31,869 nt of DNA from a virus (IMGVR_UViG_3300038427_000216:1-31869), one strand, 5' to 3'; shown: positions 18,369 through 25,691, numbered from the stretch's first letter. A program made the numbers and translations. The notes: generated by a model from the letters alone, not told the origin.

Positions 18369-18396
18369 AGTTCCGATAACCGAGTTTATGTCAACT
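18369..18396 (+). other. dif-like XerC/XerD recombination site
   Basis: AGTTCCGATAA-CCGAGT-TTATGTCAACT has the 11+6+11 layout of dif. The right arm resembles known XerD arms (TTATGTTAAAT in E. coli, TTATGTAAACT in B. subtilis); the site is intergenic. Confidence 0.8.
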
Positions 18397-18692
18397 TTTC
18401 ATAATTCGCGCATGTTGTTGATTCGACGCGGGATCGCACATTAAAGCCCGCTGCGAGCGTCTGAAAATGGGACAATTCGGGGCCTCTGCGAACAATCGTG
18501 CTACGCTGCAGCGCTTGCCGGCGGCCGCAGTGAGCTGATTCGACGACGCCTCGCAGGCTTGCCGGTCGCACCCGCGATGCCTCAATTTCCCCCTAGAATC
18601 GTCGCGTTTGTCTCCATTCTCCTGTTCTCATCTTTGGCCTGGTTTCACTGAGGCGGGTTTGCTGGCGCCTGGTGGGGCGTAGCGCGTTCGCA

Positions 18693-18726
18693 GGGGTGCG
18701 GGTAGTGGGTAGGGAAGGGGTGGGGG
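18693..18726 (+). other. G-tract cluster: G-quadruplex-forming motif containing two overlapping KOPS-like octamers
   Basis: GGGGtgcGGGtagtGGGtaGGGaaGGGGtGGGGG; GGGTAGGG at 18707-18714 and GGGAAGGG at 18712-18719. Confidence 0.55.
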
Positions 18727-18812
18727 TCTCGGCGCGTTGTAGGCGATTCTAGCGCGTTTGGCCGTTTCCTCGCTTTTCCTCGCTATCTACGGAGCAGGGG
18801 GAGGTGAGCCCA

Positions 18813-18917
18813 ATGCGGTTTCGCCTTCGCCTTCCCAGAGGGTCCAGGGTCCATATCCAGGTCCTCAAGGATGGCACCATGGAAATCTACGTTCAGCCTC
18901 CAGGGCTGATCCCGTAG
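18813..18917 (+). CDS. 34-aa peptide MRFRLRLPRGSRVHIQVLKDGTMEIYVQPPGLIP
   Basis: Hand translation; very strong SD GGAGGTGA upstream; hairpin downstream. Confidence 0.6.
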   Translation: MRFRLRLPRGSRVHIQVLKDGTMEIYVQPPGLIP

Positions 18918-18927
18918 ATTGTCCAAC

Positions 18928-18956
18928 CCCGGAGCGGCCTAGCCCGCCGTTCCGGG
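18928..18956 (+). terminator. GC-rich hairpin after the 34-aa ORF
   Basis: CCCGGAGCGGC / GCCGTTCCGGG stem; weak U-tract. Confidence 0.45.
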
Positions 18957-19028
18957 ATCAATTTCAGTCTAACTCCTAAACTATTCAAAGTAAAGCGAAA
19001 ACTCTGAGCGTAAGCGCTCATTTTATTG

Positions 19029-19058
19029 TTGACAAACAACTAGCGCTAGTTGTATTAT
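19029..19058 (+). promoter_or_regulatory. Leaderless promoter with an 18-bp palindromic operator
   Basis: TTGACA, 18 nt, TATTAT, 6 nt, ATG 19065; perfect palindrome ACAACTAGCGCTAGTTGT at 19036-19053. Confidence 0.8.
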
Positions 19059-19064
19059 TGAACC

Positions 19065-19484
19065 ATGAAGAGCGATACAAAACAAGCGGGAACAATGACT
19101 TGCGGAGTATGCGGCGTTGCCTGTCAACGCTTCGGCAAGCACCGCAATGGTCTGCGTCGTTTCCGTTGTCCGCTCTGTAAGAAAACCTATACCGAAGTCC
19201 ACAAGCCCGCGTTGGAGGGCAGCTACATCCCCGAGGAAAAGATCGTTCTGGCCCTCCGTCTCCTCATCGAGGGGAATTCGATTCGGAGCACGCAGCGCAT
19301 TACGGACCTTGACCAAAATACGATCATGCGATTGTTGGCGCTTTCCGGGGAGAAGTGCGAAAAGCTCATGGGCCGCTTGATTGTGAACGTCCCCGTTAAG
19401 GACGTGGAGTGTGACGAGATCTGGGGCTTCGTAGCAAAGAAGGAAGGCCACAAGGCTCAATCCGAACAATGGAACGAGAGGTAG
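19065..19484 (+). pseudogene. Truncated IS1-family transposase (Zn ribbon, HTH and first catalytic Asp only)
   Basis: CGVC...GKHRNGLRRFRCPLC, EGNSIRST.RI, ECDEIWGFV; the stop codon TAG is supplied by the left inverted repeat of the adjacent element. Confidence 0.85.
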
Positions 19485-19496
19485 TGGGTCAGTTTG
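19480..19496 (+). repeat. Left terminal inverted repeat GGTAGTGGGTCAGTTTG
   Basis: Exact reverse complement of 23100-23116. Confidence 0.92.
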
Positions 19497-19517
19497 AAAT
19501 TCTTGGGGCTGGCCCTC

Positions 19518-19538
19518 CTTAGCGCTAAGCTGCATACT
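19518..19538 (+). promoter_or_regulatory. Operator palindrome CTTAGCGCTAAG plus -10 element of a leaderless promoter
   Basis: CTTAGCGCTAAGCT identical to 21292-21305; CATACT at 19533-19538, 6 nt before ATG 19545; -35 is weak. Confidence 0.7.
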
Positions 19539-19544
19539 GTGCGT

Positions 19545-19766
19545 ATGGCAACTAAACGCCCGCGCGATCCGATCCAGCTTGCTCACGAGGTCTTTCTGGA
19601 GTCGATAGGGGAAGCCCCGAAGACCGAAGCGCCGAAGCCAAAGGACCCCGCAGCGGTCGCGCTGGGGCGCAAGGGAGGCGTTGCGCGTGCGGCTGCGTTG
19701 CCGCCTAAGAAACGGGCGCAGATAGCGGCTAAGGGCGCAAAGGCGCGCTGGGGCAAGAAGCCGTAG
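19545..19766 (+). CDS. Small basic protein (KRPRDPxQLA...AAVALGRKGG..RA..L....R..IA.K.A.ARW), candidate nucleic-acid-binding accessory protein of the element
   Basis: 73 aa; KGG-type motif; leaderless start just inside the left inverted repeat. Confidence 0.82.
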   Translation: MATKRPRDPIQLAHEVFLESIGEAPKTEAPKPKDPAAVALGRKGGVARAAALPPKKRAQIAAKGAKARWGKKP

Positions 19767-19940
19767 CGATATAGATATAACAGTTGCAGTCGGGCGGCCA
19801 GAAGCCTACGAACGAATAACGCCCAACATAAGGCCTTCGGCCACGGGAACAGCGCCAAACGCCGATCACGTCTGGACGATGGCCTAACTACTGGCGTAAT
19901 ATAGGATGAGGACGATTCTGAACTTCAATCGAGCTGCCAC

Positions 19941-19969
19941 CACACTTGAGTGCTAGCACACTTGAGTGC
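19941..19969 (+). repeat. 13-bp direct repeat CACACTTGAGTGC x2 upstream of the cargo membrane gene
   Basis: Copies at 19941-19953 and 19957-19969. Confidence 0.8.
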
Positions 19970-20029
19970 GGCGTTAAATGCGGCTTGATTAGAGTGTATC
20001 ATGAATCGCGTGTGGTTAGCGTGGGAAAA

Positions 20030-21085
20030 ATGGTTCCGGGGTCCCCGCCACTTCCCCCTAAGGACATGGCCCTCCTTCCACCTTCGGAAGCCGTTCCTTC
20101 GTCAGTCTCGCCACGAACTGGAGGGCATCGCCGGGCTCGCCATATTGTCCTGGCAATCCTTTTGTCTCTCTCTTTACTCGCGGGGGCAGGCTGGGTTTAC
20201 TTCCATTGGAACGATCCGGACAAGGAGTACAAGATCGTCAACTTTAGCGCGGCATGGTTCCCCTTTGCGGTCTCCATATTCGCTGCGTTTATTCCAGACT
20301 TGGAGAAAGTCGGCAAGATGAGACGAGTTTGGAGGATCGGAATCATCGTTGCTGGCTTCTTGTATAGTATTGTGCTTTGGCATCAGCAATCGGTTAATCT
20401 TGCCGCATCCCGACGCGACCAAGAAGGGATCGTAACCACTGCTGTTAGTAAATCTAACGATCATGCCGACCAGCAGATCAGCGGCATTAGAAAGGACGTT
20501 TCTGCAGTTCGGGGAGATTTCGCTAAAGCAAACGATCAATCTGGCCGACAGATATCTAAAATGGAAGATGAGTTAAAGGGCGCATTTGGAAGCGTTGCGA
20601 CATTGGTATCCAAAACGGAGACTAATCTCAATGCCAGCATCGGCAAGGTTGGGAAACCAGAGCCGCCCGATCTAGCAAGCCTACAGTTTGGTCTGTGGGA
20701 AGAGAATTCGTCAACCGCCGGCCCAATCCTTACTTCTTCGCTTCGTCCCGATAAAGATGGTGTCTTCACTGTTGCCTTCTGGCTGACGAATAACTCTAAC
20801 ACCGCGATGCACTCGGTTGACGTATGGATTGACATCTGCGACCATTGTATGTTTACTCAAGAACCAGCAGGCTTTGAAAGGCCAACGGGTATGCGAGACC
20901 AGACAAGGCACGTACGGATTTCTCTTCTCAATCCAGGGGTGGGTACGGAGAAAGGGATCCTCCATATCAAGCCCGCAAGGCCGTTTACACAATTCGAGGT
21001 TGCAATGCGATATTCGTGTGAGGTTTGCGTTAAGATGGCACCCCCACAGAAGGCCACGATCATCGCCTTACCACAAGCCCCTTGA
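20030..21085 (+). CDS. Cargo membrane protein: three TM helices, coiled coil, C-terminal beta-sandwich-like domain with two CxxC (start uncertain)
   Basis: Hydrophobic segments IVLAILLSLSLLAGAGWVYF, FSAAWFPFAVSIFAAFI, IGIIVAGFLYSIVLW; CDHC and CEVC; AT-richer than the phage genes. Confidence 0.75.
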   Translation: MVPGSPPLPPKDMALLPPSEAVPSSVSPRTGGHRRARHIVLAILLSLSLLAGAGWVYFHWNDPDKEYKIVNFSAAWFPFAVSIFAAFIPDLEKVGKMRRVWRIGIIVAGFLYSIVLWHQQSVNLAASRRDQEGIVTTAVSKSNDHADQQISGIRKDVSAVRGDFAKANDQSGRQISKMEDELKGAFGSVATLVSKTETNLNASIGKVGKPEPPDLASLQFGLWEENSSTAGPILTSSLRPDKDGVFTVAFWLTNNSNTAMHSVDVWIDICDHCMFTQEPAGFERPTGMRDQTRHVRISLLNPGVGTEKGILHIKPARPFTQFEVAMRYSCEVCVKMAPPQKATIIALPQAP

Positions 21086-21280
21086 CCCCGGACTAAGGCC
21101 ATCTTGCCATACTCCCCGAAGCCCGAGATGTGTTATCTCCACGCTAAGGCCACGCTACCCGATTTCAACCACAAGCGCCAGAATCAGATAGCCAACCACG
21201 CACCACACAATAGCAGAGCCCGACGCTTCTGGCAGAGAAACATACGCCCATAATTTTCTGACCGCAAGGGTAATTTCTAA

Positions 21281-21310
21281 TTGACATTTTTCTTAGCGCT
21301 AAGCTATACT
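21281..21310 (+). promoter_or_regulatory. Leaderless transposase promoter with operator palindrome
   Basis: TTGACA, 18 nt containing CTTAGCGCTAAG (21292-21303), TATACT, 6 nt, ATG 21317. Confidence 0.85.
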
Positions 21311-21316
21311 CAAAGC

Positions 21317-22141
21317 ATGAACAAGCTCGATACGGCTAAGCGTGCTCAGATCGTTGCAGCCATCGTGGAGGGCTGCTCAATTCGGTCCATCGTGCGCATG
21401 ACGGGCGCATCGAAGAACACGGTGGCCAAGCTGCTGGTTGAGCTTGGCGCGGCCTGCCTGGAGTACATGGACGAGAACATTCGGAACCTGCGATGCCAGC
21501 GGATACAGGTCGATGAGGTGTGGAGCTTCGTAGGATGTAAGGAGAAGAATCTAACGCGCAAGAACGCGGCGCGTGGCGCGGTTGGAGACGTTTGGCTGTG
21601 GGTGGCAATCGACGCAGATACAAAGTTCATTCCCACTTGGTTCCTGGGAGACCGTGGGGCCGCTTCCGCGTACACGTTTATGAACGACCTCGCCGGTCGC
21701 TTGAGCAACCGGGTACAACTCACCAGCGACGGCCTAAAGGTTTATCTGAGGGCCGTGGATGACACGTTCGGAACGGATATCGATTACGCAATGCTCGTGA
21801 AGATCTACGGTGAAACATCCGAAGGGCAGAAGCGTTACAGCCCGGCAGAGTGCATCGGTTGTGAACGCAAGCCCATCACGGGGAATCCCGATCCGGCCCA
21901 CGTCAGCACGAGCTACGTGGAGCGCCAGAATCTCACGGTTCGGATGTCGCTACGCAGGTACACGCGCTTGACAAATGCGTTTTCTAAGAAGATCGAAAAC
22001 CACTGTGCTGCGTTGGCAATTTTTTATATGTACTACAACTTCGTTAGGATTCATCAGACGTTGCGGGTGACCCCGGCGATGGCAGCGGGGGTAACGGATC
22101 GGCTCTGGTCAATTGAGGATCTGGTTGGATTGCTGGAGTAA
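21317..22141 (+). CDS. IS1-family DDE transposase (HTH plus DDE, no Zn ribbon), intact
   Basis: [16 protein letters not shown]; [30 protein letters not shown]...[26 protein letters not shown]. Confidence 0.92.
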   Translation: MNKLDTAKRAQIVAAIVEGCSIRSIVRMTGASKNTVAKLLVELGAACLEYMDENIRNLRCQRIQVDEVWSFVGCKEKNLTRKNAARGAVGDVWLWVAIDADTKFIPTWFLGDRGAASAYTFMNDLAGRLSNRVQLTSDGLKVYLRAVDDTFGTDIDYAMLVKIYGETSEGQKRYSPAECIGCERKPITGNPDPAHVSTSYVERQNLTVRMSLRRYTRLTNAFSKKIENHCAALAIFYMYYNFVRIHQTLRVTPAMAAGVTDRLWSIEDLVGLLE

Positions 22142-22952
22142 ACCGAGGATGACAGCGTATATCGAGTTCCTTAATCATCTTAATTGCATCGGGTGGGACT
22201 CGTGGAGATCCTTCTCGTTCCCACTCACTTCTCATTATTGCGATTAGCTCGACTAGGGTGACGCCTTTCCAGGTGAAGGAACCACATCCGCGCTTCCGTA
22301 CTAACCAAGTCGTATCCCTGCCAACTCCAGCCCTTTCAGCCATGAACTTCGCCGCAAAAACGTTGAAGATCGTTTCTTCAAGCGTCTTCTTTGGACTCTG
22401 GTTGAAGTAGTAAAGTATCGAATCGGATGCCAACCCGCCAGATCCAATAGCGCAAAATCCTGGCTTGTCAAATACCGCGTCTTCGCCCGGCTCGTAAACC
22501 GTGAAAAGGTGCGGCTTCCCGCTGTCATCGAATCCACAGACCAAGAATTGGAGCGACCCTAGGTTTACGATCCGGATATCATTGAATAGGGTGACGAACG
22601 TGTTGGCATCAAAGATCTTCTTACCATTCCGCTGAAATGTCGGCATATCGAGACCAAACCTGGACAGCACGCGATCCGTAGCTACCTCAACCATCCGCTC
22701 TTGGAAAGCGCGCTTAAAGCAGGATTTGGCCGATTCTAGTGTCTTATCCGTTTCCGCGAGATATCTCCTCGCTCTTTCAATGATTGGGCTTGCATGAGTG
22801 ATGTCATCTCCGGATGTCATCACCGCCCAATCGTCACAAAGCGCATCCTGTTTTATGCAATTACCATCGGTTGAGATTGTGATCCCAGAGATCATCGTAT
22901 CTGAAACAGTAACAATATACTCTTGCGCTATCGCTGCTATGCAAACTGTCAT
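22044..22952 (-). CDS. Ntn-hydrolase, proteasome beta/HslV-like protein
   Basis: Start M-T-V-C-I-A-A at ATG 22952 (SD GAGGAG) exposes an N-terminal Thr; conserved SD, K, FLVCGFD..PHLF and AIGSG motifs. Confidence 0.78.
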   Translation of the reverse strand: MTVCIAAIAQEYIVTVSDTMISGITISTDGNCIKQDALCDDWAVMTSGDDITHASPIIERARRYLAETDKTLESAKSCFKRAFQERMVEVATDRVLSRFGLDMPTFQRNGKKIFDANTFVTLFNDIRIVNLGSLQFLVCGFDDSGKPHLFTVYEPGEDAVFDKPGFCAIGSGGLASDSILYYFNQSPKKTLEETIFNVFAAKFMAERAGVGRDTTWLVRKRGCGSFTWKGVTLVELIAIMRSEWEREGSPRVPPDAIKMIKELDIRCHPRFTPAIQPDPQLTRADPLPPLPSPGSPATSDES

Positions 22953-23061
22953 ACGCTTCTCCTCGGAACGCTTCCAAGGATATCGCAGACGGTTGAACAG
23001 TGGCGGAGAGGGGCGCGGACGTGGGCTGGCCGGTGAGATCGGACGCCGGAAGGGAGTCACT

Positions 23062-23508
23062 TCACACCGGCCTTGTCGGTGTCAAGCCCACCGACCGGCC
23101 AAACTGACCCACTACCCTCACGCGCCCCCGCAGTTTCGGCTGAGGGCTGAGGGTCTTCCAGGGCTTCTGCCGCGGGCGCTTGCGCTTAATTGGTTTCAGC
23201 GGCGTTCCCGAGGGCAGGTAGCCGGGTAGCACGTCACGGTGCTGCTGAAGCGCCTGGCGGGCCTTCACCGCCAATTCTAGGGGTATCGTGGCAAAGCGCG
23301 CTATGTTGTACTCGTCGGCTGCCCGCCAGACCACCTGCCCGAGAACATCCGGTATCCCGAAGCCTACTAGCTCGCCGCGATCACGCAAATCTCCAGGTTC
23401 AATCCGCTCGCCCTTCGTCCGCAGTACCCAAGCCGCAAACCGGACGTTTCGCCGATAGGCGTCGTTGCCCAGCAGCGGCGCGGCCCGGATCTCGTCCGCG
23501 CGGGTCAT
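23062..23508 (-). CDS. Phage hypothetical protein whose 3' end is replaced by the transposon end
   Basis: ATG 23508 overlaps the previous stop (ATGA); the frame runs through the right inverted repeat. Confidence 0.65.
   Translation of the reverse strand: MTRADEIRAAPLLGNDAYRRNVRFAAWVLRTKGERIEPGDLRDRGELVGFGIPDVLGQVVWRAADEYNIARFATIPLELAVKARQALQQHRDVLPGYLPSGTPLKPIKRKRPRQKPWKTLSPQPKLRGRVRVVGQFGRSVGLTPTRPV
23100..23116 (-). repeat. Right terminal inverted repeat CAAACTGACCCACTACC
   Basis: Exact reverse complement of 19480-19496. Confidence 0.92.
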
Positions 23509-24026
23509 GATGCTTTCGCCTCCTGGAAGCACTCGCACCTCCGCGCCGCCTCGCCGATGTACTGGTCCGGTCGGTGCGGCTGCGGCTTGCCGGGGTTCTT
23601 ATCGCTCCACTCGCGCTCGCGCTGCCGCCAGCCGTCCATGATCTGCTGAGCCTGCATAAACCCCGCGTGCCCTTCGCCCAGCGGCTGCTTCAGGCGTTCC
23701 CCATCGCCCACCATCGTACAAAGCTCGTAGCTCGTGATGTAGCCCAAACCGCCGCAAATGTCGCAGTATTTCGGAGGAGGCGGCGGCTCGCGTTCGCTCT
23801 GCACCCAGACGATTACCTCGTTCAGGGTTGCTACGCTGGGGCACCTCGGCGACTCCAAACACCGGGTAATGACGCGCTGGGCTTGCATCGGATTGTCGCA
23901 GCGTGTCTCAAGATAGTGGATAAGCTCTTTCAGCCCCGCGTTCTTGTAAAGCCTCAGACTGGCAAATCCTTCCGTGCCCGCCAGCCGCGCGATCTGAAGT
24001 TTCGCAAAATTGTGGTCTATCGGCAT
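23505..24026 (-). CDS. Replication-associated protein with split Zn motif (CDIC...CEC)
   Basis: 173 aa downstream of the O-like gene; function inferred from position. Confidence 0.6.
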   Translation of the reverse strand: MPIDHNFAKLQIARLAGTEGFASLRLYKNAGLKELIHYLETRCDNPMQAQRVITRCLESPRCPSVATLNEVIVWVQSEREPPPPPKYCDICGGLGYITSYELCTMVGDGERLKQPLGEGHAGFMQAQQIMDGWRQREREWSDKNPGKPQPHRPDQYIGEAARRCECFQEAKAS

Positions 24027-24029
24027 GGT

Positions 24030-24323
24030 TCAGTTGATTTTCTGCATCGCAAGCGGCCCGAGCACTTCGTCTATTGTGGCTTGCTCCGCTATTTTCTCGC
24101 CGCTCTTTCTCTTCCGCGGCTTATCGAGTAAGCGCTTCACACCATCTGGGATGTCCACCTGCGCAGCGCAAATTTCGCAGATCGAGCGCGGGCCGGTCCG
24201 CAGTGCGTTCCCGTTCTCGGCCACGACAGTGTTGCCGTACTTGTCTTTTTTGTACCCGGCCTCGCCAGGGATAAGATGCCCATTCTTGCAATACTTCGGC
24301 GGTTGTTTGAATTCCTGCCCCAT
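24030..24323 (-). CDS. Small Zn-finger protein (CKNGH...CEIC)
   Basis: ATG 24323 with SD AAAGGA. Confidence 0.65.
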   Translation of the reverse strand: MGQEFKQPPKYCKNGHLIPGEAGYKKDKYGNTVVAENGNALRTGPRSICEICAAQVDIPDGVKRLLDKPRKRKSGEKIAEQATIDEVLGPLAMQKIN

Positions 24324-24333
24324 ATTTTCCTTT

Positions 24334-25107
24334 CTATAGATCGTCCCATTCGTCGTGTTTCGGCTTCGGCGGGGCCGGCGTCGGCTCCTGCCAACATCGA
24401 GCATTCAGCCAACTGGCCGGATGTTTCTGATATTGTGGGTCCTGCTCCTCCAGGGAAGGCAACAGCCGCTTCAGGCCCTCTAGGATCACACTTGGCTCTG
24501 CCAACCTCGTCGCTTTCTGATATGCGTTCCAAGCTGCGCCTGGGGCTTTTTTCCTCGGGTACAGCGCATAAAACTCCTCGAATTCTGGCGAGGTGCCGTT
24601 TAGGGTGGGCTTTTGCGCTCGCCGTTTCTTCCCCGTTCCATTCGGAGGCGAAAGCTCAAGCACAGCCGCGTCAGCGGCGGAGTGTATAGGCTCTGGCTCT
24701 GGCTTATGAACAGGCTCAGGCTCAGGCAGTGTGTTTATGTGTGTAGATTGTGTGTCTATGTGTGTATTTTGTGTGCACACTGCAAATGTAAGCCTTTTCC
24801 TTTCAAGTTTTTGTAAAACTGCCCTGTCTGCGTGCATGTGCCAGTCATGTATGACCCACCTGTACTCTGGGTCTGGGTCCAGGTAGCCCGCATGGTGCAA
24901 GGCATCTACCAGCCTACTGGCCGACCCGTGCCAGCCCACTGCCCTGGCTATGGCCTCGTCTGAGAACCGGCCCACATCGCCGCGCGGCGCATAGTCGGCC
25001 GTAAAATGCCAAAGAAGTTCCAGTATGCCAACGGCAGAATAGATTGGGATGTGCAGAGTCGCAACCAGCGCTCTCGTTTTGGGATGTTCAGGCGTGCCAC
25101 GTTTCAT
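24334..25107 (-). CDS. Phage replication initiator (lambda O/replisome organiser-like)
   Basis: N-terminal HPKT..L...VG.LE.LW..IHDW domain, low-complexity PEPEP linker, C-terminal FEEFYALYPRKK...A..AY...HPASWLN..CW. Confidence 0.82.
   Translation of the reverse strand: MKRGTPEHPKTRALVATLHIPIYSAVGILELLWHFTADYAPRGDVGRFSDEAIARAVGWHGSASRLVDALHHAGYLDPDPEYRWVIHDWHMHADRAVLQKLERKRLTFAVCTQNTHIDTQSTHINTLPEPEPVHKPEPEPIHSAADAAVLELSPPNGTGKKRRAQKPTLNGTSPEFEEFYALYPRKKAPGAAWNAYQKATRLAEPSVILEGLKRLLPSLEEQDPQYQKHPASWLNARCWQEPTPAPPKPKHDEWDDL
24730..24780. repeat. 21-bp iteron-like tandem repeats inside the replication gene (candidate origin)
   Basis: TGTGTTTATGTGTGTAGATTG / TGTGTCTATGTGTGTATTTTG / TGTGCACAC, followed by an AT-rich stretch (24781-24820). 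Confidence 0.65.
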
Positions 25108-25233
25108 CAGCCCTCCAGAGGCTAATGCGGGTGGGCGGCCTTCTGGAGAAGCCGCCCGTGGTGTCCCGCGTATTCAGCGCCGAGGCCTTCGTCGCTGAAC
25201 TCATTTTACGCCAGTTCTTCGGCGAATTCAATG

Positions 25234-25524
25234 CTAATCCTGCCTGTCGGCTTCGGCTCCTGGCTTGACCGGCTCGTATGTTTTGGAGAAAATATCTGGC
25301 TTGCAGGGGTAAATCTCACCATTCACGCCCTTGATGGCAAAATCTCCCTTATTGCCCACCATGACACCTTCTAGTGTTTTAATTTCCGCGCTGCGAAGAT
25401 CGCCCCGCTCACCCCGTAGGACAATCTCGTTTGTCGTCACCTTGTCCATAAACCAGTCGGGGATGTAGTCAATCCCGATTCTGAACGCTTCGACGATGAC
25501 GGGCTTTTTACGAAATAATGGCAT
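25234..25524 (-). CDS. Conserved phage protein of the PGDYG-like family
   Basis: FRKKPVIVEAF...IKTLEG.M....GD..IKGVNGEIYPCKPDIF.KTYE. Confidence 0.85.
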   Translation of the reverse strand: MPLFRKKPVIVEAFRIGIDYIPDWFMDKVTTNEIVLRGERGDLRSAEIKTLEGVMVGNKGDFAIKGVNGEIYPCKPDIFSKTYEPVKPGAEADRQD

Positions 25525-25691
25525 TATCTTTCCCTTTCGTCTTCCGGCTCCTCGCCGGCCTCGCGCTCAAGCTCGCGCCGCACGGCCTTGAAGTGGGCCC
25601 GCGCCAGCGAATCCCGCGGCTCGGAGCATGACACACACCACTGCCGGTCGTCGGGATTGAGCTTACCGCACTCGCCGCAGCGCCAGATCAT
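25524..25691 (-). CDS. Small Zn-finger protein (WRCGEC...N......CVSC..PR, RanBP2-like)
   Basis: ATG 25691 overlaps the previous stop. Confidence 0.7.
   Translation of the reverse strand: MIWRCGECGKLNPDDRQWCVSCSEPRDSLARAHFKAVRRELEREAGEEPEDERER

Larger units (their letters stand above)
19480..23116 (+). mobile_element. IS1-family cargo-carrying transposon, 3637 bp
   Basis: Perfect 17-bp terminal inverted repeats enclosing a DDE transposase and three passenger genes; ends begin GGTAGTG, like IS1-family GGnnnTG ends. Confidence 0.88.

Noticed and set aside
18701-18710. GGTAGTGGGT as the left end of the older, truncated IS
   Set aside because: Only the first 10 of 17 bases match the TIR and it lies in a G-rich tract; possible but unsupported.
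19400-19500. InsA/InsB-type programmed frameshift completing the first transposase
   Set aside because: No A6C slippery site is present, and the downstream sequence is the TIR of another element, not an InsB frame.
21100-21280. Minus-strand hydrophobic frame (LWAYVSLPEASGSAIVWCVVGYLILALVVEIG)
   Set aside because: It has no start codon in frame; at most a gene remnant.
19471-23125. Target-site duplication around the transposon
   Set aside because: The flanks GGAACGAGA and CTCACGCGC do not match.
24730-24780. CRISPR-like or microsatellite array
   Set aside because: There are no unique spacers; the repeat is in frame within a replication gene and fits iterons better.
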